A stretch of 64,000 nt of DNA from Octopus vulgaris (GCA_951406725.2 OX597819.1:434001-498000); one strand, 5' to 3'; numbered from the stretch's first letter, positions 13,801-26,760 are shown. A program made the numbers and translations. The notes: generated by a model not told the origin, from the letters alone.

Positions 13801-14782
13801 TGTCACCAGCATGGGTGCCTTTTACGTGTCACCAGCATGGGTGCCTTTTATGTGTCACCAGCATGGGTGCCTTTTATGTGTCACCAGCATGGGTGCCTTT
13901 TACGTGTCACCAGCATGGGTGCCTTTTATGTGTCACCTGCATGGGTGCCTTTTATGTGTCACCAGCATGGGTGCCTTTTACGTGTCACCAGCATGGGTGC
14001 CTTTTATGTGTCACCAGCATGGGTGCCTTTTACGTGTCACCAGCATGGGTGCCTTTTACGTGTCACCAGCATGGGTGCCTTTTATGTGTCACCTGCATGG
14101 GTGCCTTTTACATGTCACCAGCATGGGTGCCTTTTATGTGTCACCAGCATGGGTGCCTTTTACATGTCACCAGCATGGGTTCCTTTCACATGTCACCAGA
14201 GTGGGTGCCTTTCACATGTCACCAGCATGGGTGCCTTTTTACATGTCACCAGCATGGGTTCCTTTTATGTGTCACCTGCATGGGTGCCTTTTACGTGTCA
14301 CCAGCATGGGTGCCTTTTATGTGTCACCAGCATGGGTGCCTTTTACGTGTCACCAGCATGGGTGCCTTTTACGTGTCACCACCAGTCACCTGCATGGGTG
14401 CCTTTTACGTGTCACCAGCATGGGTGCCTTTTACGTGTCACCAGCATGGGTGCCTTTTACGTGTCACCAGCATGGGTGCCTTTTACGTGTCACCAGCATG
14501 GGTGCCTTTTATGTGTCACCAGCATGGGTGCCTTTTACGTGTCACCAGCATGGGTGCCTTTTATGTGTCACCAGCATGGGTGCCTTTTACGTGTCACCAG
14601 CATGGGTGCCTTTTACGTGTCACCAGCATGGGTGCCTTTTATGTGTCATCTGCATGGGTGCCTTTTATGTGTCACCAGCATGGGTGCCTTTTATGTGTCA
14701 CCTGCATGGGTGCCTTTTACGTGTCACCAGCATGGGTGCCTTTTATGTGTCACCTGCATGGGTGCCTTTTACGTGTCGCCAC
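10858..14782. repeat. 26-bp satellite array, about 150 copies
   Basis: Unit gtgtcaccagcatgggtgccttttac (variants tat/tac, cag/ctg); stop-free on the + strand, giving 26-aa periodic ORFs in all three frames. Confidence 0.97.
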
Positions 14783-15044
14783 ATAAATAAATAAGATATT
14801 TCATACCAGCCTTTTAAAATGACCCATAACTGGATCTATCTAAAGACAAGGAGTCTAGGCTCACATTGATTTAACCCTTTAGGATTTCATCTGGCCATAC
14901 CTGGCCCATTCATTCTACCTATTTTATGTTCAAACTGGCCAGATCTGGCCTTTCACACCTACCCTACAATATCATTCTAAAAATAAATATTTACATCATT
15001 GAAATCTTAAGGTTATAAGATGATTAATTCAAAACAATCCTTCA

Positions 15045-16330
15045 TCATCATCATCGTTGTCATTTAATGTCAGCTTTCCATGCTGGATGGTTTGACTGAG
15101 GACTAGCAAGCTAGGAAGCTGCACCAGGCACCAATCTAATTTGGCAAGGTTTCTACAGCTGGATGCCAACCACTCCGAGAGTGTAGTGGGTGTTTTTTAC
15201 ATGCCACTAGCACAGGAGTTAGTCAGGCAGCACTTGCATTGACCATGCTTGAATGGTGCAGTTTACATGTTCACTAGCATGAGAGCTAGTCAGGCAGCAC
15301 TGGTATCACCCATGCTTGAATGGTGCTTTTTATGTGCCACCAGCACAGTATGCCAGTCAGGTGGCACTGGCATTAGTCACGACTATGATTTCACTTGGTT
15401 CAACAGGTCTTCACAAGCATGGCATATTGCCTGATGATTGAAGGGTGTTAGTTAGTTAGTTAGTTAGTTAATTTTTTGGCTCAAAAAGCAAGGCCATGTA
15501 GGGGGACATGAAGTTATGTACAGGGTGGTGTTCATGTAAAGAGTTCAGGCCACTTGAGGTCAAGGGAGATTTTGAACTGAGCGGTCGTCGACATCTTCAC
15601 CATCTCGCCTGGCAGCTTATTCCACAGATCTGCAATCTGGACAGAGAAAGCCCCTTTCCTTCGATCGAGATGAAATTGTCGCAGATAGAGCTTTTCGGAA
15701 TGACCCCACAGCCGACGCTCTGGAGCAGGAGTGAAGAACAGCTCTTTTGAGAGGTTACACTTTCCGCTTATGATGTTGTGAGCAAGAATGAGATCACCAC
15801 GGCAGCGTCGTTTTTCTAGAGAATAAAGGTCAAGCGTCTTCAGCCTTTCTTCATAAGACAAATGCTTGAGACCAAGAACCATGCGGGTAGCCAGCTTCTG
15901 AACTCTTTCGAGATGCTGTATGTCTTTGAGGAGATAAGGAGAAGAGGCTTGAATCCCATACTCCAATATGGGTCTCACCAGCGTGACATAGAGCGGTAGG
16001 AATATGGCTGCTGTGAGCATTCCGAATGACCGTCGGATCAAGAACAGAATTCCGTTGGCAGCATGGACGCACTGGGCCGAAGGCGAAAAGGAGGAATCCA
16101 CCAAGATACCCAGGTCCTTTAACTGATTGGTCCTCTCCAGCAGCAGACGACCCGGCTCGAACTTGGGCCAGTTATGTGACACTGGCATCAGCCATGGCTA
16201 CAATTTCACCTGGCTTGCTGGGTCTTCTTAAGCACAGCATAGCTCCAAAGGTCTTGGTCTCCTTTCATTACGTCTGTGAGGCCCAATGTTCAAAGGTTGT
16301 GCTCCACCACCACATCCCATGTCTTCCTGT
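15045..16330 (-). mobile_element. RTE-tail-related repeat interrupted by a CR1 LINE fragment
   Basis: Family motifs at 15045-15446 resume at about 16166-16330 on the other side of the CR1 insert. Confidence 0.6.
15447..16165 (-). mobile_element. 5'-truncated CR1-clade LINE (RT C-terminal region)
   Basis: Translation KDLGILVDS...LYVTLVRPILEYG...LERVQKLATRMV.GL..LSYEERLK.L.L.SLE.RR.RGDLI, typical of CR1 ORF2; 3' (TAAC)n tail at 15447-15470. Confidence 0.9.
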
Positions 16331-17210
16331 AGAAGGGTAATGGTGTGTAGCTTGCCACTATAACTGCTGATAACAGTGTCTATAGTCAAACTCCATCCAT
16401 CTAGTAGTAAATGCCAGAACTAGAGTAGGGTGCTGTATAATTATTAAGTATTTTACTTGTTTGCAGCATTGAATTTGAATTCCTTCTATGAAGGTAAAAA
16501 AGGCAATGGGAAATGATTCCAATGAATTCATTTGAAATTTTCCCAGAATTCAATTTCTCTGAAACAGTTTCATTGAAAAAAAAAAAAAAAATTATAACAA
16601 TTACAGTTACTTTTTCTGTTTCAAAATGTCTTACTTATTTTTTTAAAGTACAAGGTTTACATTGTGGCTCCTCATCTAGTGTATTCACTCAGGTTAATAA
16701 TCTCTGCTTAATGGTTAATATCTAATCAAAACATGTCTTATCATTCTCTAGTAATCTTTTGTTGCATGTATAATTGTTAGTACAATCAAAAATATATTTG
16801 ACATCATTATCAACAGGACAATTATTATTACATAATTACCAGTTTGAAATGAAATAGCATCAAGCTTACTGAGAGATAGCAGTCATTTGTTTAATTAATT
16901 TTTCAGAGAAGAACTATCTGGCACACAGACACATATTGCAATTTTACTCACCAAGAGAAATGAATACTCTTCCACATCTCCCTTATATCAATATGTATAG
17001 ACATACTTCTCTCCTCAATTTCTTTCTCTGGGCAAAATGCTTAGTGGTATTTTGTCTATCTTTACATTTTGAGTTCAAATTCCACCTAGGTCAACTTCGC
17101 CTTTCATCCTTTTGGGGTTGATAAAATAAGTACCAGTTCAGCACTGGGGGTTGACATAATTGACTTACCCCCCCCCCCCAAAAAAAAATTTCAGTCCTTA
17201 TACCTCTAGT

Positions 17211-17460
17211 ACAGGAGTCAGCGAATCAGGATAAATGACCCCAAGTGGGGTAAAAATGAAATTCTTGTGGGTGAAAGGGGTTTCATTAGACATAATCAAA
17301 ATTATATAAAAACCATGTTCCTTGTTATGACAGAAATTTTTCTTCTAGTATGAGGAGACAATTAAAAAGTTGTTGTCTTTTGCAACAACCTACCTTTACA
17401 AACAAGGATTTCCCACCTTAATGAACATAAAAACAAAGCAGAGAAATGAATCTGACCCTA
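17211..17460 (+). mobile_element. Degenerate hAT-type DNA transposon remnant
   Basis: 17375-17447 reads approximately FATTYLYKQGFPTLMNIKTKQRN, resembling the hAT C-terminal dimerisation motif F.TTYLCE.GFS.L..IKTK.RNRL. Confidence 0.55.
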
Positions 17461-18354
17461 ATGGCTAATGGCATGATAAACATGCACACAGGTCATGCTG
17501 TAAAGTGGTTAGTGATAGGAAAGTCCTCCTGCAACTAGGAGTATGCCAAAATCATGACAGTCACAAATATAATGAAAAACCCTAACTGTATATACAGAAC
17601 TGACACTTACCTCCAAGCAGATGCCACATTTGAGAAACCCTTGATCATTGGCAAATGACTGCACAAACTGGTTTTCTTTCAGCAGCAAAAACAAACTTTA
17701 AACAACCCACTTGCTGCTTTCTTCTAATTTTCAGTACAACGAAGCCCCTGTCCCAGCTACCCCTCTCCTAGCTACCTGATATTGGATATTGTTCTATTAT
17801 TTGTCTCATCAGTTTTACCAATTTTTCCAGGCCCTTTTTTTTTTTTTTTTTGCCATTCCACCACATATTACCTGTTTTGCTGGAACCTTGCTCCATATAC
17901 AGATATGATCTGTAACTGAGAGATGATTGTCACACAGAAACTCCCAGGATAGCCATCATCAATACAGGTATAATGAAAGTTAGGTTTGGAAAAATTATGG
18001 AAATGCTGGAATAGATGTGTGAATTATACAAAAGTTAAGATGGTGGAGATCCTCATTCAGATTCCCCATAGACAAGGAGCAAAAGTACAAATCCTATTGG
18101 GCAATGCTTTGGTGGATACTCTAGTGAGCATGGAATCTATGTATATGGTATGTGGAACAAGAAAGGATAAAACTTCTTGGGCTTCTGTGATAGAAATGAT
18201 ATGATTTGCTGACCTCAGAAAACTAGACAGTTATTTGATCAACAACCAAACAAGTAAACATTCAAACTAGACAAGCTTCATTCTTAGCAGGAAAAAGGAC
18301 TGTTTGTGAAAGTTAGGTTTTTTCCTCAGTGAAGAATGTAGCACTTAACATAGG

Positions 18355-18660
18355 GAGGCACAATGGCCCAGTGGTTAGGGCAGTGGACTCACAATTGTAG
18401 GATTGCGGTTTCAATTCCTAGACTCCTAAAGCTCCACAAGACTCTGGCAAGAGGTGGTGGTGATCCCTGCTGTACTCTTTCATCACAACTTTCTCTCACT
18501 CTTTCTTCCTGTTTCTGTTGTACCTGTATTTCAAAGGGCCAACCATGTCACACTGAATCTCCCTGAGAACTATGTTAAGGGTACACGTGTCTGTGGAGTG
18601 CTCAGCTACTTGCACGTTAATTACATGAGTAGGCTGTTCCATTGATAGGATCAACTGGAA
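18355..18660 (+). mobile_element. tRNA-derived SINE (older, deleted copy of 22778-23167)
   Basis: gaggcacaatggcccagtggttagggcag head and shared body. Confidence 0.8.
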
Positions 18661-18664
18661 CATA

Positions 18665-19025
18665 GCAAGAGCACACAGAGAGCACAAACCTCTGTGAAGG
18701 CAACACCACCATCCTCTCAACGATTAACCAGAGAGGATTTTTAAAACAAGAATATCTGAAATAAACTTGACTGCTCTCACAAACGAGAATACTAAAAATG
18801 AACCTGACTCCTCTCAAAAATTAAGTAAAAAAACAGGAAAAATAATCCAGAATCCTTTTCCGGTACTGGATCAATCCCAAAATCTAATCAGTTTGTGCCA
18901 GTCATGAGGCCAAACATCCCTTAAAGTTTCATCTGAATCCATCCAGCAGTTCTTGAGACATCTTGTCCACGGATTAACAAACACAACTGAAAACAATACC
19001 TCTGCCTTCGGTAAGGCAGAGGTAA
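18665..19025 (+). mobile_element. Non-autonomous Helentron/Helitron-like element
   Basis: 5' caagagcacacagagagcacaaacctctg; aaagtttcatctgaatccatcc core; 3' hairpin tacctctgcc-ttcggtaa-ggcagaggta, the architecture of Helentron-associated (HINE/DINE-like) elements. Confidence 0.55.
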
Positions 19026-22000
19026 TAATGGTGATGATGATAATGGCATCATCAGTTTCCTCATTGTAATCATTATCATTAGTAATACTAGTTCTAAACA
19101 TATCTTAATTGTTTCACTTAGATTGTTCTGTAGTTGTCTCTGTGGCAATGTTATTCACTCCTGCTACCTAATTACACACACACGTGCACACACACACACA
19201 TTCAGAGATTAAAGATTTTAGGATTTAGCATTCTGAGACATTTCTGATAGTTTAATTATGAATAAAAGTAAAAATACCCCACACATGTTGTAGTTCTTGT
19301 TTAGTCTAAGTCAGCCTTGTCTAGCAGTTCCAGCTCAAACCTCTTTTGAACTTAAGCCTCTTTTCCATGAAAGCACTTTGCAATTGAAGTGAGATTCAGC
19401 TGCAATTCCTTGTTGGTTGAATGACACTACCTGCATGCAACAATCATCTCTGGTTCAGTTATATCTTCCACACTCTTTTTTTTTTTGGATATTAACAACC
19501 TGCTTGCTGCCACCTCTTATAACATTCATTTCTATGTTAATGCTATTACACTTCACTCTGCTTTTAACCATGAGCTGCCAACACCTCACACCAAACTTCC
19601 CCTATCTCTGGGTAAAGCAATCCCTAAAACATTTTCCACTATCAACAGTCTAGTCTGTTTCAAAATAATCTTGTACTTTACTCTTCCTGGTATTGGACAA
19701 CATGCAATTCACGCCCTCCAGATTACTAGGTTGATGTCTGATAATTTTTCCTAGTAATTTACATTAGATTGCTGAAATTGCACCTCAAAGGCTGGCCTTC
19801 CTTTTCAGGGCTTGGAATACTTTAGTTCCCAACAATTGCTAAATTCCTGAAAAAACAAGTAAAATTGATGAGAAAATATTGATTTCAAATTTTGGCACAA
19901 GACCAGCAATTTTGGGGTAGGGGGCAACTCGTATTTATTTTATTGACCCTGAAAGGATGAAGGGCAAAGTCAACTTTGGTGGAATTTGAACTCAGAACAT
20001 ACAGACAGATGAAATGTTGCGAAGCATTTTGCCTGGCATGCTAACGATTCTTCTAGCTTGCCACCCTATATTAGCAAAAAAGTATTGCTCCTGCATCAGG
20101 GATACTACAGGTACAAGCATACACACACACAAAATCAAGGCATCATTTAAATAAAGGAAATTTAAATGATTTGCGAAAGTACACTCACCAAACTAACCTG
20201 AAGATACACCATCTCCTCACCCAGCCAAATTCACTACTACTTCAGTGGCCTTTATCATTCTGAATATCACCAACACCATGGCCCACACAATTGACTTATT
20301 TCTCCTATTATTACCCATGTCCTTCTTCCACACTGATACTTTTTCCTCCAGATCATTAATTCTCCAGAATTTTCTTCCTATCTCCTTTTTTCCCCCTAGA
20401 TGTCAACTTAACAGAGGTTCAAACAGAATATATCACCCACATTACTATTAGTATCATTAGTCTGAGGTGGTCTGTAAAATGAGAGAGGATCTCAGTGTGG
20501 GCATATGATATCTCCCTCACACAAAAACAGAAAAGACTTTCCTTACAGGGTATTATTGTTCTCATGTAAAATGATAAAACAATATAAAGGCGGTGCTCCA
20601 GCATGGCCGCAGTCAAATGACTGAAACAAGTAAAAGAGTAAAAGAATATATAGCTATCAACAAACAATAATCAGCTTGGTACTTTGTAACAGTTTAAAAC
20701 AAAATGTTACCCTATTTTTTTGGCATACATGTTGACATAGTATATAGTGAAACATGTAGTGTAAACATTCAAACATCATCACAATCTTTCCAAATTCTGC
20801 AGCATTTCACATGGAATTTTTGGCCCTCTGAAGTCAACCAATCTTTTTCAGCTGTAAATTTTGTCTCAAAAAATTCAACTTGTATACCAGAAGATACAGT
20901 AACAAAAATTTTTTCTGTTACCTCTATTTGCTGAAATAAAATAAATCATTGAATTAATATTGTCTTCTATTCATTAGATAATTACCTCTATAATTACCTC
21001 TATATTTTCTTATGTTTGCAACATCAAATATATTTAGTTTATTAATGACATAACTTGACTATATGACATTCTGTCATATTAATCATGGCTATTATGATGA
21101 CAATAATTTTTTGAAGTTATTTTTGATAATTACTATCAGGAAGTATTTATAATGTTTATTATTTCCAATTAGTCGTTTCTATGATGCAAACTTTCTTTCT
21201 TCTTCTTTGCATGGTGAACATTGCATGCCTAATCCAGATTTGTCTCTATTCTCATATATTCAACCTTGTTCACTTCCATGACACCTTGACTATACCTAAA
21301 ACAAGTTGATAAAAGCAGTCTTTGTTTAATACACCAGCAATATCAAAATTCATCACATTTTGAACTTTATACAACTGTAACAAGATATTTCCACAAACAC
21401 AGCACTGTTTTTCTATGACCATATACTTGTTCTCATTCTCTCAAGTTCAGCAATCCCTGATAGTATTTCTATGTTACAGAATAGCTTCATTTCATTTTAA
21501 TATTTTTGAAATTAAGTTCTTGTTTAGCCAAGGAAGAAGTATCAAAGTAAGTCATTGGCAAACTGCTATCCACGGGGCTTTCTGAATGGCACCTTCAATT
21601 TTCTAGTTTGTAGTCTGCCTAACGATGCGGCATGTCTCATGTGGCCTACTTCACAAAAAACAAATTGCCAATACCTGATCTTAGCAGTTGCCACAAACTG
21701 AAAAAAGCCCAGAGTTGAGCCAAAGAGAGAGCCTCAATATGGTTACTTGTCCTGCTAGAAATAACAACCTCATTGATCTCAAATAACCCCTTACTGCCTT
21801 AAAAAAGAATATTTTAATAATGGGTTGCTTGATATACAAAAAGATAGGATAATAGCTGAAACATCTTTGATCATAGATTTACTTGATTCAGACTAACCTG
21901 AAACGAGTATGTGTGTGTTGGAAGACAAACTGGTGTTGATTTGTTTGAACCCGCAACGAAGCGGTTCGGCATGACAGCAATTATGATGACAACGATAAGA

Positions 22001-22777
22001 GCAACAATTAAAGATTTAATTGTATTAGAGACCATTACAGAGGTGAATTGTGTAAAGGATCCTTAACTTCTTTTAAAGGAGTTGGTACACATTGATAAAT
22101 TAAGCAAAAATAATTGGATTTGTTTCATTTTATCTCATATGAAAACAATAACATGAATAATTTTATTGGGATTTTGACATAATTCTGCTGATAATGTTAA
22201 TGATAATAAGCTTGCTACTTTGTAATAGCTTAATAAAATGTTGACAAAGATTTTCTGTCTCCTCTACTTTCTGAAATAATTAAAATTATATTAAATCATT
22301 GAAATAACATCATCTTTAATTTATTACATAATTATTTCCAATTATATTTTGTATATTCTTTTACTTGTTTCAGTCATTTGACTGCGGCCTTGCTGGAGCA
22401 CGTTCACATTAGACAGATTGACAATTAATGATGTAACTTGACCATATGACATCCTCCCTATTTATACATTTTTATTATTTCATAAACAAGGCAGTAAGCT
22501 AGCAGAAACATTAGCACACCAAACAAAATGCTTAGTGGCATTTCATGTCTTTACATTCTGAGTTCAAATTTCAGCAAGGTTGACTTTGCCTTTCATCCTT
22601 TTGGAGGTCAATGAAATAAATACTAGTTGAGCACTGGAGTCACTGAAATCAACTAGACCTCCCCCACAAAATTTCAGGCCTTGTGCCTAAAGTAGAAAGG
22701 ATTATTTCAAATTAATCCTTTAGCATTCAGATTATTAAATGTAATGCTTATTTATTCACATTGTTTTGAATTAATCA

Positions 22778-23167
22778 GAGGCGCAATGGCCCAGTGGTTA
22801 GGGCAGCGGACTCGCGGTCATAGGATCGCGGTTTCGATTCCCAGACCGGGCGTTGTGAGTGTTTATTGAGCGAAAACACCTAAAGCTCCACGAGGCTCCG
22901 GCAGGGGATGGTGGTGATCCCTGCTGTACTCTTTCACCACAACTTTCTCTCACTCTTACTTCCTGTTTCTGTTGTACCTGTATTTCAAAGGGCCGGCCTT
23001 GTCACTCTCTGTGTCACGCTGAATATCCCCGAGAACTACGTTAAGGGTACACATGTCTGTGGAGTGCTCAGCCACTTACATGTTAATTTCATGAGCAGGC
23101 TGTTCCGTTGATTCGGATCAACCGGAACCCTCATCGTCGTAACCGACGGAGTGCTTCCATCCATCCA
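22778..23167 (+). mobile_element. Young tRNA-derived SINE with 13-bp TSD
   Basis: Intact A/B boxes (tggcccagtgg, ggtttcgattccc), CpGs preserved, (ccat)n tail, TSD tttgaattaatca at 22765-22777 and 23168-23180. Confidence 0.9.
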
Positions 23168-23426
23168 TTTGAATTAATCATGCAGTATCTCATAGTTTTG
23201 AGATTTCAATGATGTGACTTATTATTTTTAATATGAGTTTGTAGGGTAGGTGTGAGAGGCAGGATTTGGTCAGTTTGAACAGAAAACAGGCAGAATATTT
23301 GGACCAAATATGGCCAGTTTAAATGCAAAAGGGTTAATCATTTGTATGATATAAACTTTCTTCTTTGTATGGTAAACATTGAATGCTTGAATTCGGATTT
23401 ATCTCTGTTCTCATATATCTAACAGT

Positions 23427-24963
23427 TGTAGCAATATTGTTTTCTTCATTGCTATCTTCACTGTTTGAGAAAAGTATTAAGAATGATCTCGTTTGAGATT
23501 ACAAACATCTTTGGCTAGTTTAACGTTGTTGTAACCACTAACCTGATTGGTTGACATGTGACGCGATTTGTCTCCACTTACTTTCGCACCACTGGTTGAC
23601 ATGTGACACGAGTGGTCTCTACATAGTTCGCGCCACTGGTTGACATGTGACGTGGTTTGTCTCTACATATTTCGCGCCATTGTTCCAAGACAGCCTTCCA
23701 TTTCTGAAGTTCGTTTGAGCCACCCAAACGGTATATAAAGGAGTGTTTTCAAGATTGAAAAAGTAAGTACCGGTTTAAAAATAATGTGTGTGTGTGTGTG
23801 TGTGTGTGAAAAATCAATATAAATATAGAAAATTGGTCTGACCACACAGAGCATACTCAACCATGTTCCAGTCCAAAAGGCAGGCGACCACCAAGCAAAA
23901 CATAATATGAAGACGCTGTAGAAACCAGACATAACGGCATCGCCAACATCGTCTCTACCTACGAAGATTTAGCTTGTACATAAGATAGCTACAGATTCAA
24001 CTCATACTGTTAGTGTGAAAATCTCACCACGGGAAAACGGCTACAGTAAATATATCTGAAAGAATATCCATATCAAGAGAAAGATAAACACAACAAGTGG
24101 TTCAACTAATCTCAGCTCCGAGACACAACATCTTGATATTGAACTCTTACACTTCGTGTACTTCATAAACAGTAAATCAATTACCTGTCTTTAGTTTTAG
24201 TTCTTGTAAGAACTGGCTTCAGAGACAGCGCTGCTCAACCAAATGATATACGATTGTTCCTGCTACAACTAGCTACGACGCTAATGTACACTATCACAGA
24301 AAGCCTACTACCTTCGCTGTCTCCATCATCATGTATCGACTTTGAGTCACCTCTAACATCTTTGCCACACAAACTGTAAGCCAAATTCCATTATTGACTC
24401 TGTGCTTCGTACTTTTGTATGTCAACTGCATTCACCCTGTTTGTTCTGTCACACACACAGACACAGACATGTGTTGCATGCGTAAATACGTGCTAACGTT
24501 TACAAACTCCTAACATTGACACGATTGTAAAATAAATAATGTTTATATCTCAAACAGAAGACTTGTTGTCAATCCACTTATGTTCTATTGTTACTGCATG
24601 TATTTATGGCTTGTTAAGAGTAGAACCGCGTGCGATTGTATTTCCTACACGATGCAACCGCATGTGATCCTATTTCTTACACTGGTGACCCCTCAAATAC
24701 ACAGCCATTCTGATATACTATGCGGCCAATAGTAAACATAAGTTACGGAATTATTGACACAAGAGAACGCTGAAGAAGGAACTTTTTAAGAAAAAAATAT
24801 CAATTTTATCGTCGTTTTGTCTGGCAAGAGGCTATCTGTAGCAATATCGTTTTCTTCATTGCTATCTTCACTGTTTGAGAAAAGTATTAAGAACGATCTC
24901 GTTTGAGATTACAAACATCATATTTCCTACACGATGCGACCGCATGTGATCCTATTTCTTACA
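23427..24963 (+). mobile_element. Non-autonomous LTR retroelement (Gypsy-type signals) with unequal LTRs
   Basis: 5' LTR TGT...ACA 23427-24681 with TATATAAA and AATAAA; PBS TGGTGACCCC at 24683; about 150-bp internal region; deleted 3' LTR 24837-24963; 4-bp TSD CAGT on both sides. Confidence 0.85.
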
Positions 24964-25635
24964 CAGTATTTGCTTCCCAACATCATCTTAAGCTACGAAA
25001 ATGTAACTAGAATGACGATGTATGAAGAAAGGGCATTTTTTGTTTTTTGTCGATGATGGAGAAAAGCACTGAGCTGCAGGTCTTCATGGACCTTTTTGAG
25101 TTAGGTGGGTGATGGTTGCAGTAAAAATATGAACAAGGAGGCAGTCCCACAGGAGAGACATTCTTAGAGAAAAAAATTGTATTGGCGGTTTGTGTGAGGA
25201 TGACTGAAATGGAAGTAGACATACAAGTGACAAGAAGAAGAGACATGAGTGACTGAGTAAATGCGAAATGAGGTTGACCATATCTGAAGAGTAGTGGCCA
25301 CTGTAGAAAAAGCAGGAAGAAGCAACAGTGTATTTGTTGGTCAGAGGCTGGAATATGCTGGTGAGCAACTTCATGCTAATCAGTTGAGTGTAGGGGTTGG
25401 TCCGATTTTATACATCTTCAGCAAACAATTGTTTATTTATATACCTGTACCACCTAAAAGAGACCACTCAACTGGCCAATAAATACACTTGAATGGTTAG
25501 CATCCTAGAGATCTGTGAAGGATTTTTGAGGTGGGGGAGGGGCTCAGATATATAAATGAAAAAAATGTATAAATTCTGACCAACAACCATGCACAGAGCT
25601 CAAGGATGGGAGCCAGTACTCAGGTTCAGTTTCTG

Positions 25636-25752
<117 letters not shown>

Positions 25753-26234
25753 ATCAGAGGTATGTCTTTAACAGGGGAAGAACTGAAACCAGTACTATAG
25801 ACCAATACAGTTCTCAGTCCTATAAATGCTGCTGCTTAAAGCCATGGCTTATACCTTCTGTGGTCTCTACTTAGAGCATTCACAAGTTAATAAGGCAATC
25901 TCTATATGGTTGTTAGAGCAGCTAAACATAATGGCAGTTTCATCAGTTTTAGGAGTAGTGTTCATTATAATTAAGTAAACAAAAGATTTAGACTATATTT
26001 GGTCAAGGTCAACCAGTTGGATCAATATGGTTAAAGCTGATGATAATGGAAGGAATAAGTACAAGTGACATAAAAAATGTTTTTTAATCTATAAATTGTG
26101 TTGCTGTATCTTAATCAATATCTAACATTTTTTTGTCATACATGAACTGTAGTGGACTTTATAATCGTTAAAGTCCATTTTTGGTCATTAAGAAAACTCA
26201 TAAGATTTAATTTCTTTTTTTCCTACTATTTTAT

Positions 26235-26760
26235 CTTTTGTCTTTTACTCGTTTCATGTGGCCATGCTGGGGCACTGCCTTGGAGGGTTTTAGCTGAACA
26301 AATCGACTCTAAGTCTTGTTTTTTAATTTTTTAAAGCCTAATACTTATACCATCGGTCTCTTTTGCCAAACAACTAAGTTACAGGGATGTAAACACACCA
26401 ACACCAGTTGTCAAGTAGTAATAAGGAACAAACACAGACACAGAGATACACACACATAAATATGTACATACATATATACATAGATAGAGAGCCATAAAAA
26501 CCCCACCAAACCAGACACAAATGTCTGGTGCGTGCTCCTGCCTGGCCAGCTCCTGTCAAACCATCCAACCCATGCCAGCATGGAAGGTGGATGTTAAATG
26601 CTGATGATGTTGATGATGATATATACACACACATGATGGATTTCTTTCAGTTTCTATCTATGAAATCCACTCACAAGGCTTTGGTCAGCCCAAGGCTACA
26701 GTAGGAGACACTTACCCAAGGTGCCACGCAGTGGAACTGAACCCAGAATCATGTGGTTGG
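26235..26760 (-). mobile_element. Diverged SINE with a nested RTE-tail fragment
   Basis: SINE motifs at 26250-26470 and 26630-26760; 26490-26620 is an RTE-tail fragment in the opposite orientation ending in (gat)n. Confidence 0.6.

Noticed and set aside
10650-14794. 1100-1378 aa ORFs as real proteins
   Set aside because: By-product of a stop-free 26-bp satellite; the same peptide appears in all three frames and indels are tolerated
22778-22850. tRNA gene
   Set aside because: tRNA-like A/B boxes continue into a SINE body flanked by a TSD; it is a SINE head
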